This document shows, piece by piece, positions 23,801-31,664 of a stretch of DNA of 64,000 bases. The stretch is taken from IMG/VR virus record IMGVR_UViG_3300042292_000979; one strand, written 5' to 3'. The notes below the pieces were generated by a model. The model was not told the origin of the DNA, did no database searches, and was given only the letters and a program-made list of their open reading frames with translations. The DNA is from a virus. Numbering within the stretch: the first letter of the stretch is position 1; every line of letters begins with the position of its first letter. Position numbers and translations under genes: made by a program.

Positions 23801-26269
23801 AATATTGGACCATTATTTACAGCACTGAGTGATGGCTTATCAGGTCTAATGAATATGTTTAGAATGTCGATGCTTCAAATGGGATATGGTTTATCTAACA
23901 TAGATAACTTCTCTCAGCAAGCAAACATTATGAATAAAGTATTAAATGACTCTATCTATTATTCATTAGGAAGACCTGGATCACTATTAAGAGCCATTGA
24001 CAACCCATTCACTAGAGAGTATGGAGAACCAGTAGTCGAAGTACGTGAACCATTTCAGAAAATACACTACATAAGTTCATTCTCAACTATTATAGCTAAT
24101 AATATACAAGAGACTATAACCAATGTAGCAACTCAGGTAACCGCTGTATCTGAAGGAAAGTATCCAGTAACAGTAGCTTTAGATAAAAGTATTCCAGCAG
24201 AAAGACAGGTTGAGAAAACTGTAGAGACTGGTTTATTCTTTGATAACATAGCTGGCGAAGGTCTATTCGGAATTGCTCAACCGTTATTCCATCCAATAGA
24301 ATTTGCAAGAGGAGCAATAAAACTATCTCAAGGTGCGCCAGATGAACTAATGGCAAGAAGAGTTGGTCTAGCTCATCTTAAGGAATCTCTAAAAGATATT
24401 TATTCTGGAGAGTTAATTGTAATAGGAAGCGCAGATATAAGACCTCATGACTTAGTTTACCTCGCTGATGTTTATGAAAGAATGTATGGAATTTTTGAAG
24501 TCGAACAGGTTGTTCATCATTTTACTCCAAATATGGGATTCATAACGTCTATCACACCTAATGCTCTTGTGACTATAAATGATCCAGCAAGATGGTTTAT
24601 GTCTAGTTGGATTCATTCTTGGATGTCAATTCAGAATATAAGAAATGATACAAGAAGTTTGATTAATTCAGTTCAAGCTGGAAGCACTGGAATCTTGTCT
24701 GGTGGAGACATTTCTGTTGACGGTATGTCAGAAGCGCTAAGATCACAGATGATGGGTGGTGTGCAATTTACTCATGGATCAAGTGCACTTATGTCCGACA
24801 TAATGGCGAACTTTGCAGCCGAAGGATTAACAGATGCCCAATCTCAAATAGAGAATCAGATGAAGCAAAACTCTGAAAATGGAATTAGCTTAACCGGAAT
24901 TGCAGCAACATACTTAACTACAGTTGGCCTAACTGCAGCAACAGCAGCAATCCCCGGTGGCGCAATTGCTGCCGGAATTGCTGGTGCAGTAGCATCTGAT
25001 TTATTTTGGAAAGGCTGGAAGTGGGTCAGGGACAACGTTTTGGATCAACACGGCTGCTATATATCTTATCTAAATAAGAATGGTCAACCAATGGACGCAA
25101 GTCTTGCTATAAATCAAGGAATGGTTGTTGGCAGATACCATACAAAGAGACTTCTTCCTGGAATTTTAGGAGTAAAGAGTAAGGTTAGAACCGTTGACGG
25201 CAATGCATTTATTAGAAATGATGATTTACTTAAGAGTCTTGGCTGGAAAGAAAAAGAAATAACTGACTTAGTAAGATACGTGAGTTATGAAAATGCATTA
25301 GTTAATGCTGAAGTATTAAAGTACTCTGGAACTGGCCCAGATAAAACTGGCTTAAACCAATACTTTAAAGTGATATGTAAATTACATAATGTTATAGATG
25401 GTGATGAAATAGAAGTAGTAGACTTAATGAATCCAACTGGTCAACCTTTTAAGGTTAGACTAGAGGGAATAATAGCTTCAAGTCTTGGTACTTTCCAAGC
25501 GTACACAAATACTTCTATACAAGCTGGGTATAAGCCAGATGATCCAACAACTGCAATAAATGTTAATTCACCAGGTGGAAGAGCAGCAATCTTCGTAAGT
25601 GAAAGACTCAGAGATAAGCCTTTTGTTATTAGAGTTTCTCCCAATGATCAATCTTCAACTTCTATTTATACAGAAGATGATTTATCCCCTGGATCAAGAA
25701 TCAATAATACAAATAGTTACTTCAAGGGTGTTAACTACGGAGATCAAGAAAGAGAAAAATCTTTAGGAACAGTATTCTATAGAATGCTTGATGAAGATAA
25801 AGAAACAAATATTTCCATAATAAGATCTTTCTTTGTTCAAAATCTTGGCTTAAGCATCATACAGAAAAAAGAAAAATTCAAAAAAAATCTTTATGGAGAA
25901 TCAGTATTTGGTCAAAAGTTTGATGAAATATATAATTCAATATACACTTCTAATATGGAGAATCATTTTGAGATTACTGGAGAAACAGATCCGCTATTAA
26001 CTATAACCAATGACGAAAGAAAATTGTTTAATGATTTAGTTAACTTTAAAATATTAGAAGTTCTTTATTCAAAAGCTTCAGAATGGCCATATATTTCTTG
26101 GGATGAGTACTATAATGACGGAGCGCCAGCGACTCTTAATTGGGAGCTAGTAACAAATAACTTAGCCCAAGTGTATACTGTAGATCTACTAAGAGAAAGA
26201 GCATCTACTGGCGGCTTAGATAGATCTATACCAACGCCAAGCTATGTTCAACAAAAGAGTGGATTATAA
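14888..26269 (+). CDS. Giant baseplate hub/tail protein (3793 aa) with C-terminal SNase-like domain
   Basis: Hub/gpD-like motifs (RVHLRVGYG...VFNGVITEV; IGSADIRPHDLVYL...GIFEVEQVVHHF), Gly/Ala hydrophobic stretches, EF-hand-like DTDRDGDVTQDD, C-terminal VIDGDEIEV...VRLEGI. Confidence 0.6.
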   Translation: MTINQEAFYYIKEQFTTKQQVDDYVLEIQQVTLNANSNIQPGPALAKLQTVLPGFAGTIGVWAGVERLPWGIKIAPPDFNDIAWRNAAIAAIKIQDTKMNAENDITYIVGILKKFDKKIPTKNVDLTDVAYAKAFEAWYSAAYSKVDSCWHYIESASAMASFIAERVKNFNIDSDNPEDVQEPPAVDENSLGTTIERAAALEEFIRRGAAIIGFDHSDNSYSSISQYYESLVRKNNASFVYDKAFQDNYVNQFIAVASPSTDIYKLNDTYQKSLFDKIEASGLFDLLSYIDAMQAFGRARLSTLERVTGSAGAANVLDGVRDTGWLQQLTVVLQRLSRDPVTLATIYRYFPELVNFFFAALAATADYSNGGKGGGSEDKLNDGQAVLNDLMAALGQVNGENIFTGAWDLINTGQRIEKAIAEFPFRQNIPPSSPDIFHLRLGAANFYVPPIGIDVQTQFKTSSLGEGALRQKNSPKFNSGYKHTTVSMQLFFPNYEEIWGISIEDASKITLKDNFTIDFSGNGDNEEKIDKFLSSLRGLVAAFKYAPFLPIRNHYLNSVYGITGVALQGMSISTIPSYPFALVVTLNLYNFNHKPFLPMLNDFNQAIHWGKFRQYMGKAAGALHNYINEEFLMFGKEGLLNATKDAMVSVAEAMLDTDRDGDVTQDDLRGIQAASDRLSAQAGISPSKIVNDALLGYKNEVFTTNVVREWTNGSNLSFYMPAETQTKIFTPDVSGFQSAEEKGLTDTGRSFWNQMLANFGIDINESAGYHRDLDSVITTSTGNIVEYTVNQKIVQSIDILTAGRNTTDFQKKAYDFIITSFIFQNPQLDSDRKAYLRDFDRTENAYEDTERYVFGAIVFQDETLSQIKSFFKSKALSTTSYLDFLVDEYLQKRAINAGKTKDDEWKENERSIIKKQFAAGYSSMVYERFFKAGPIRDLMEAARERNGSFHIREWEVPMIRVDIDPANAIVTDVSISMSNNIIPLQVQMQDEPTYQHIGGGDSYINISMKVFGEKELIKLRKIFDHINGLARLEHAAGVMGFLGIKNIITALAGVKYVLPLSFNVSTIPNFPHVYDVSLRLVDFDIFQQKREQLSSDQQRKMIEEFGTKKNPFLRMKQLWGSFNSYPDFPLEIRNKDSEVVGCLDPDFYFRSFEMFDRDVIRSVTENKGKLSRLNTFNVDPSKEITVVTPYGSMTHKGSAVVAKFREYILNDQLDELKAYSRGTLGLKASETASYIMEALLDVDQPHDKFLLNYVDSLDEGEFDTKDLADSSWRLSSGQLKAGDLSSSNEEARSKLQASLGGTADGFAEDGYISFSPDELDAHAIINTFPSAELGDPKIPSMIHTADGYQFGYIDKKNGRFYLTVDDVAVKKDSSVEYVGITDTQTPDVGTTKSLTGVPGAKALSEYQYSYSSGDEGKPETMKSNGNSKSVTDHWEKMMVDTQYRDISGRMVRAFPTYMLWLIDEKNFAGTKLFDNFYGLQSIIDFSVVSSEDILGDTLVFRASNMYAKLSTKEATTIFSGSGETEDKPGVDKLSLTSGLEQVIDRTLNFARNQLGHMESQYIVDIENIRLKPGVRVHLRVGYGANPNSLHTVFNGVITEVELGEIVTVTCQSDAIELSPVVNSVDKKGSSGHIDGGLNTGLYLSEPRDLMVRLLSMGTSRTREAFAHATRGTVFSENKFGIKHFGMMLYEPLTDAERNKNAGIRNAASDAYLAVGQGSGITGGAGTVAGVLNPFGDNSNGTGIGGSPFGIDVRLPMVGIMRTMWSNFAAQPDLELFKRNIYPGNGTGVAQFLGGDLGDGWSNAASLTPEDMPNPRLDYQNRLTDSSWNNLLQRYDGGSKNASAAIDNLTLGMEARASGGTAAAVLGGGLLAAGTALAIGTGGIALPFIGGAMAVGGGASLLGGLSGRGGVNIWKTFGLISDLDDDMAGFDEVSFRAQTYMKSVWDLFQMCARLLPNYIVAVRPFEDRSTVFYGKPHWLYTSAVVPITTGFPSEDKAVRLGLKRPSYRSPDSELMDLLTKVNKQSNSTADYEAFKQGQNPSISISEIVKQQSSYSDIYAPAGILRGKVINFLDPWRTAYYGNSKTTKEQLTNDILSEIPKNKGYVTVGFHLPIDSTGQNASEVDIEKMKSLHVEIPQMPLRFSFPFFTDRVAGAVLLDYAFYALSNNRSGEGDDRLKTGTIHDGDKDFEKLGHDTLYTSLLDTEASLIASSLTDQREGGTEDEFVINLAAVSFTAAVNPINSFGNDKFIFDLSTSGVTGSKSLIRMPLPSLLEQVRGIEKLEGSWEYEYINQRTITSGSPFSYRDWGSPASALDEQFYIAMRWPYEITEDKDDEIFKKFKDEYFPDRDVNQFYGKPKDYKNRKVLVYSPTTRTAVVCKPAYFLWGTDKADLINGSLAANDNTDSENRTDDNFINFKSDSFKEVDLAAVVSPDAAYYLGVMHLTENEKEYFGSENDKIGNDNNHANASAQALAKAGLAPTPMPRDCYFTFVDDSVPLGVVTTIYNPANEFKYNGETHVDMDYFIGFGAFASEGDGKLIAEKATKAGMQKLGLSGTADSIERQLELLNERPTAFTNTQWQEYIPVTGITLLDQGHFAEAAARGGNILAGKEQENSYFDYIINEEYSALEREALYTVLDAELRSTGDEDTGTGRERFAPVYDPAAPESIKAREFFDEGFSASTHVIAGNGRTLSQANDVWDQFRFNYHNEIAIKKIFFDAFGMDPDDITPLPDFLITILRNPKANPDIFKLFSANGPDSTAVDEFSLLLGSDFIANPNQRTGIPYGTADSMERQIESGSGSLVSSDTVKQAIEFARKNLVDAPLDEGGLVRYFDALVKTKYKKLGLFLQSQSNLSLILGADVGGGQPKVDDIIKDNFTPKQVFLLIVGMFRQAMWQDAYARAWLVLKPNRQYASDDMWDFSPVHKIFAAFIDPNQDYASNKRKFLKLLADNKGEGNSAGNVVGVLTHNIDSFWDQNIGPLFTALSDGLSGLMNMFRMSMLQMGYGLSNIDNFSQQANIMNKVLNDSIYYSLGRPGSLLRAIDNPFTREYGEPVVEVREPFQKIHYISSFSTIIANNIQETITNVATQVTAVSEGKYPVTVALDKSIPAERQVEKTVETGLFFDNIAGEGLFGIAQPLFHPIEFARGAIKLSQGAPDELMARRVGLAHLKESLKDIYSGELIVIGSADIRPHDLVYLADVYERMYGIFEVEQVVHHFTPNMGFITSITPNALVTINDPARWFMSSWIHSWMSIQNIRNDTRSLINSVQAGSTGILSGGDISVDGMSEALRSQMMGGVQFTHGSSALMSDIMANFAAEGLTDAQSQIENQMKQNSENGISLTGIAATYLTTVGLTAATAAIPGGAIAAGIAGAVASDLFWKGWKWVRDNVLDQHGCYISYLNKNGQPMDASLAINQGMVVGRYHTKRLLPGILGVKSKVRTVDGNAFIRNDDLLKSLGWKEKEITDLVRYVSYENALVNAEVLKYSGTGPDKTGLNQYFKVICKLHNVIDGDEIEVVDLMNPTGQPFKVRLEGIIASSLGTFQAYTNTSIQAGYKPDDPTTAINVNSPGGRAAIFVSERLRDKPFVIRVSPNDQSSTSIYTEDDLSPGSRINNTNSYFKGVNYGDQEREKSLGTVFYRMLDEDKETNISIIRSFFVQNLGLSIIQKKEKFKKNLYGESVFGQKFDEIYNSIYTSNMENHFEITGETDPLLTITNDERKLFNDLVNFKILEVLYSKASEWPYISWDEYYNDGAPATLNWELVTNNLAQVYTVDLLRERASTGGLDRSIPTPSYVQQKSGL

Positions 26270-26271
26270 TA

Positions 26272-29026
26272 ATGTCTGATTTTAATTTTAGCTTAAATGA
26301 CCTTAATGACTCAACTGCTTTTATATCAAAATTGTCAGAAGGCTACAACCCTAATGGAACGGCCAGCTTAGTCACTTCAGCCTCAAAAGAAGATTATGCA
26401 AATCAGACGTTAACGTCTAGAAATTTAACAGATATAATGGCTGGACGGAGCATTAACTAGAAACCCAGCAGCGCTAGCAGACGCATCAACAAAATTCGTT
26501 AGGTCGTCTCTTCATTCCATATTAGCAACAGGCATTCAATCAGGAGATGCTTTCCAAGTAGCTAATCCAGATTATCAGGGGCCTGGAGATTTAGAAGTGC
26601 TAAAGGGTGACCAGGCATACTTAAAGGTAGTTTCTCAGTCTTTAGTTGGAACTGGTTTTGCACCAACGTCAGTTATGAATCCTTTGTTAGAATCAACAAA
26701 TGGAAAATGGCCAGGAAACGATAAGTCTAAAGTTGGAGATTCTACTGGAGCACTATTTACCCACAATAGCACCGCCTACACAATAGATGTCCAGGCTCCA
26801 GGTTTAGGAGAAAGAGCTATAGCTACAGATGAAGAATTAAGCGAAGAAGAAAAACAAATATATATAGATAGAGGAACACTTCTTAAACAATCCATCAATG
26901 AACCAGCTTTAACTCTTGGGTTTCAATTTGACATACCAAACGTACTATCTTCTTATTCTTTTGTGCAAACAAATTCATACTACACAGATGAATCTAATCC
27001 AACTGAGAATTCTGTTGAATCATCATTAATAAGCGCTCCTCAAAAAAAGGCATACATTAGTGCTTCTTTGATTGAATGCTTATTGATGATGACAGATGTA
27101 AATAAAGGTGTTAAATTAAATGGCACGTTTGCCCTTAATAGGGCAGTGTTGTCAGAAAGTGACAAAACAAGCAGGCATTCAAATCCAGAAAGTGGAATTG
27201 ATAAAAATAATAAAAATTCTATATCTGATCATGTTTTTGGAAGAGCGTTTGACATTAGATCAGTTGGCGACTATGGAGTAATAAGAGGCAAAGAGAGATA
27301 TGCAATTGCCTTAGATATTGTTTTACAAAAGTTAAACACAATGCCACAACCCCTAATGCCAGATCTTATAGTCATTGACCCAGACGTTGCAAAGGATAAA
27401 GGAATTGGAGAAGGTTTTGAGTCAGTTGATACTGCAATCAAAACACAATATCCAAATCTAAAATATGTTAACTTTGAATTTGGTCCAGAGCATACGGAAA
27501 ATATTCATATTAGCTTTAGCCCACAAAGAGGTGGTAAGTACATTGGTTCTGGTGGCTGGAAAACCTCTGATGCTTCAGCTCAACAATTAGATGAAAATGG
27601 AAACCCAATAGATAATTCAGCAAGTCTGACATCAGCAAAAGAAAAAGCCTATAAAAATTATAAAAATGGTGGTCCAGCAATAACACTATATGAATTATTT
27701 ATAATGCTTTCTCAAGAAGGTCCATTTTCTGACGAGGCAGCAGCAATTTTTTGCGCTGTAGCAGGAAGAGAGAGTGGAGCCAGTCCAGCAGGTTATAACG
27801 GCAAATGTTTCGATAACAAGACAAGTTGGGGTGGTGACGTTTCAATTGGAATGTTTCAGTATAATTTGATTTCCTTAATCAAGAGGTCGACCAACGCATC
27901 AAACGACGTGCCAATTTACTATGATGGTTCTGCTGCAACAAAGCAATTAGTTAAAGCTCACAGGTTAATGTACTCTGCTACTGAAGCTTCTTCCTGGGAT
28001 CCCAACGCTGTAGCAAAAAAATTAGTAGAAATTTATAACACTAATAGCAATAAAGAAGAATCAAAGTCTACTACCGATGACAGGTTGTGGTTCCCAATTA
28101 ATCAAGTTTGGATGCTGATGGATAAGTGGGGCAGAAAAGATTTTAAAAACGTAAATAAGATAGATGCATCTAATGGTTTTTTCCATTGGGGAGATTATGA
28201 TAACTCAGATAAAACACCAAGATCTGATTGTGGATTTATATTCGGAACAAAATTTCAAAATGCTGTTAACGTATATTTAACAACAGGAAAACCTATAGAA
28301 ACACTAGAAGATTGGGTTAGAGTAAATTTTAAAAAGAATAATAAAAGAACAATAAACTATATAGAACAGTGGATGGATGGAACTGTTTTCTATGATCACG
28401 CTAAAGATGGTTCATTGATAAACGAAGGCGCTAGTGGAATAATTACATATGAGGTAGATGTAGTTAGTTCGCAAAGTGCCGGAGGAGATGGATCTCCTGC
28501 ATCTTTTACTAAGAACCAAATTGAAGAAGCTGCAGACTGGATTAGCACTAATAAGATTCCTCAATGGCTTTCTAAATATCGTTCAGATCTTGACGGCAAC
28601 TTTGGTTGCGATAGATTTGCCAGAGTTCTTTCAGCTGCTTTGGGATTATTTGGCCCAGCACAAACTGCACTATTTGCAGATGAGTGGACAGCTGCAGGTA
28701 ACGAAGGCTCATATACAGTCTCTACGCCTAGTCTTAGTCAATTCCTAACAGCGGGAGAACACTTGTCTAATCTAAAATCGAGTGCTTCATTCTATGGACC
28801 AGAGACTGAAAACGGAAAGAACCCACCAGCTGGTTATTTGGTATTTTGGCAGGGTGGGACTGATGACTATGGCCACGTAGGAGTTTCAATAGGAAATGGT
28901 CAGTACGTTGACCAGCATGATGAAAGTGAAGGGTCTGATAGACCAAGACCAAGAAATATAAATTCAACAACTTTCCCAGGAAGCAAGTACACCTACGCTG
29001 GAGCATCGTCTATATGGAGCGCATAA
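26272..29026 (+). CDS. Tail-associated multi-domain peptidoglycan hydrolase (~917 aa), needs +1 shift at CGGA 26446-26449
   Basis: ORF 26272..26460 joins ORF 26597..29026 through an open +1 frame; M15-like SDHVFGRAFD...HIS, lysozyme/SLT-like RESG...IGMFQ, NlpC/P60/CHAP-like GCDRF...GHVGV. Confidence 0.7.
26446..26449 (+). other. +1 recoding site 6 (GGA CGGA GCA)
   Basis: In-frame CGG is codon 59; 0-frame TAG 4 codons later; +1 frame open for 50 codons up to the ORF-track start. Confidence 0.8.
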
Positions 29027-29037
29027 GGAGATAAGTA

Positions 29038-29400
29038 ATGAAACAGTATCCAAAATTTGATGAAAAATTAAATTCACACATTAGCAATAATCAGCTTCAG
29101 CAATCTAAGACAAGATCTGGAACTATTATGTCATACAATAAAATGACTAATACAGCTGTAATTATCTTAGATGATAGGATGACAAATCAAGTTGGTAATA
29201 TAATAAGAGGAGTTCCATGTCCATCCACCCTCGGTGTGCAAAGTGTTGCGCCAACAGCCGGCACAAGATGTATAGTTGGCTTTGCTGACGCCAATGAAAG
29301 GTTTCCACATATAGTATCATATATGGACGATACAAATAGCGTAGGAAGATATATGCCCAACTACAGTGTAGACACTGGTGTGCCAAAGTTTATGGTTTAA
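29038..29400 (+). CDS. Putative baseplate spike/gpV-like N-terminal (OB-fold) protein
   Basis: 120 aa; GTIMSYN...TAVI...VPCP...PTAGTRCIVGF pattern; between tail lysin and wedge; AAGGAG RBS. Confidence 0.5.
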   Translation: MKQYPKFDEKLNSHISNNQLQQSKTRSGTIMSYNKMTNTAVIILDDRMTNQVGNIIRGVPCPSTLGVQSVAPTAGTRCIVGFADANERFPHIVSYMDDTNSVGRYMPNYSVDTGVPKFMV

Positions 29401-29401
29401 A

Positions 29402-30106
29402 ATGTCAGAAAAAATTCACGCACAAAAGTCTTTTGAATCAGTAGCTGGCAAGACCGCTTCTGAGATAGATGAATTAAGCAGAAGGAAAAACTTTTCCCAA
29501 AGAGAAGTAGGGTTAACTCATCCAGATAATCCATCTTTTATAAGACTAACAGATTCTGGTGATATAGAAATATTTTCAGCGCCTGGAGTAGGTATAGTTA
29601 TAAATGGATCAACAAAAACCATTTCTCTTTTTGCGGATAATATTAAGTTTTTTACAAAAGAAGATGGTTTAAAATGGAACTCTATGGAATTCAATCATTC
29701 GGCAACTGTGTTTTCGGAGCCAGCATTTGTCAGCGCAAATGATAAATCTTATAATCCAGCTTTTTTAAATATGGATCATTACATAAAGAATCTAGATTTA
29801 ATAGACCAAGAAGATTCACAACAGGCAGTTACTATTAACGGCACGTACGCTTATAGAGAAACAACTAACACTGATGTTGTCTCGGTGGATGTATTGGAAA
29901 ATTCTTCATTAGATAATGATTTTACAAAAGAAGATATTATTAAATTAGATTCTTTTTGGGATAGGAACTCTTCTGCGCTGTTTAATGCAGAGAGTATGTC
30001 AAAGGCTAATTTGATAAATAGCATAAGAAATCTAATGTCTAATGGGCGCTCGATAAACCAGGCGTTAGATATTGTTAAAGAAAGCATAGGAGATAATAAT
30101 GTCTGA
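29402..30106 (+). CDS. Baseplate/spike-associated protein
   Basis: Likely start ATG 29402 (MSEKIHAQ), right after the previous stop; beta-strand repeats SFIRLTDSGDIEIFS...GIVING. Confidence 0.45.
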   Translation: MSEKIHAQKSFESVAGKTASEIDELSRRKNFSQREVGLTHPDNPSFIRLTDSGDIEIFSAPGVGIVINGSTKTISLFADNIKFFTKEDGLKWNSMEFNHSATVFSEPAFVSANDKSYNPAFLNMDHYIKNLDLIDQEDSQQAVTINGTYAYRETTNTDVVSVDVLENSSLDNDFTKEDIIKLDSFWDRNSSALFNAESMSKANLINSIRNLMSNGRSINQALDIVKESIGDNNV

Positions 30107-30479
30107 TTTTTACATCAGCCTTAGTGGTGATTTAGTAGTAAATGGATCTGGAGATTTGGGCTTAGTTCAATCTATGTCAGAAAAAGATATACAGCATGTA
30201 TATATGAGGTTGATGACTGAGCCAGGTGACTTCTTTATTTACCCTCAGCTAGGGACTCAACTGTCGATGCTATACGGAATGCCTCAAAACCCTCAAACCG
30301 GTGACTTCGGCAAAAGATTAATTCGTGCAGCCCTAGAAAGAGAAGGGGTTTTTAAAAATAGACAAATTACTATTGAAGCAGTACCGGTTTCCGCAGACTC
30401 CATTAGATTTGATGTTTATTTAATGGGTGATTTAAATGAACCTACGATATTGTCAATAACACAAGACTTAGGAGCCTAG
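30099..30479 (+). CDS. Baseplate wedge subunit, gp25/GPW-like
   Basis: 126 aa; GDL...RLMTEPGDFFIYPQLGTQL motif; immediately before baseplate J. Confidence 0.75.
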   Translation: MSDFYISLSGDLVVNGSGDLGLVQSMSEKDIQHVYMRLMTEPGDFFIYPQLGTQLSMLYGMPQNPQTGDFGKRLIRAALEREGVFKNRQITIEAVPVSADSIRFDVYLMGDLNEPTILSITQDLGA

Positions 30480-30480
30480 A

Positions 30481-31641
30481 GTGGTATCAGTTAACATAAA
30501 GAGTAAAGAGCAAATGCTCGTAGCTACTCTCAACGCCCTGCAAAAAAACGCAGGAATTAGCGCTATTTCTCCTGGATCAATAGCCAGAGCTTTTGCGGAA
30601 GCAATTCATTCTGAAATTAGCGATCTTTACAACTCCTTAAAGGTGAGCATAGAGCAGTCTAATCTCTCAACAGCTTCAGGAATCAATCTAGATATGATAG
30701 GCACCCTGTATAACGTACAGCGTAGAACTATATCATCTGAGCTGGTCCCAGAAAGAGTTACTGGAAATATAGAATTTTATTTAAATACAACTCATAGTTC
30801 GACAGTAACCATTCCAAAAGGAACGCTTGTATACAACGATGCCACAGCGTTTTCTTCAACTCAGTATCAATATGAACTAAATTCAGATATCGTTATAGCA
30901 ACCGGTAACACAAGGGCCTATGGATCAGTTAAAGCAAAATTTGCAGATAATAATGTGACCGCAGCTAGAAACACCTTGGTGAGACATAATTTCATATCAC
31001 CTCCGGGTATCGTAGTGTACTGTAATAATCCAAAGGAAGTTTACAGTAGCCTTAACTCAGAATCTGATGATAACTATAGAAGAAGAATAGTTTCAGCAAT
31101 TAGAGGCTCTGCATCAGGTACCGCAGAATCTGTTAGGTTTGCAGCCTTATCAGTTAAGGGTGTCAGGGATGTAAAAATAAGAGAAGCTTCTCTTGGTGTT
31201 GGCACATGCGATATAGTGGTTATACCAGAAACACAAGCTGGGATAAGTATAATGAGCCAGTTGGTTTACGAGAAGATTAAAGCCGTTAAACCGGTTGGTA
31301 TCAATATGAACCTGAGAGTGGCTACTAAAAAATTAGTAGATGTTTCAGCCACCTTAACATTAAGAGAAGGAACAACAGGAGCAATTGCTAGGAGTGTGGA
31401 AAATCAGTCAAAGATTTTCTTAAATAGATATTTAAACAGTCTTACAATTGGTGACTCAGTTTCAATATCGGAAATAGAAAGACAGATGAAGCTTTCTTCA
31501 GAGCTAATTATGTCTGTCACTGTTGGTAATATTAAAGTAGACAATAGAAATATACCTAATAAAGATTATAGACTATCTGATGATAAAAGTTACATGGCTG
31601 CTGGTACGCTTAGCCTATTCTCTGTTATAATGGGAGCGTAA
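30481..31641 (+). CDS. Baseplate J-like protein
   Basis: LSTASGINLDMIG, ESDDNYRRRI...GT...AALSVKGV, KAVKPVGI motifs of baseplate J family. Confidence 0.85.
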   Translation: MVSVNIKSKEQMLVATLNALQKNAGISAISPGSIARAFAEAIHSEISDLYNSLKVSIEQSNLSTASGINLDMIGTLYNVQRRTISSELVPERVTGNIEFYLNTTHSSTVTIPKGTLVYNDATAFSSTQYQYELNSDIVIATGNTRAYGSVKAKFADNNVTAARNTLVRHNFISPPGIVVYCNNPKEVYSSLNSESDDNYRRRIVSAIRGSASGTAESVRFAALSVKGVRDVKIREASLGVGTCDIVVIPETQAGISIMSQLVYEKIKAVKPVGINMNLRVATKKLVDVSATLTLREGTTGAIARSVENQSKIFLNRYLNSLTIGDSVSISEIERQMKLSSELIMSVTVGNIKVDNRNIPNKDYRLSDDKSYMAAGTLSLFSVIMGA

Positions 31642-31664
31642 ACTAGTAGAAAAGGTGTAAATTA

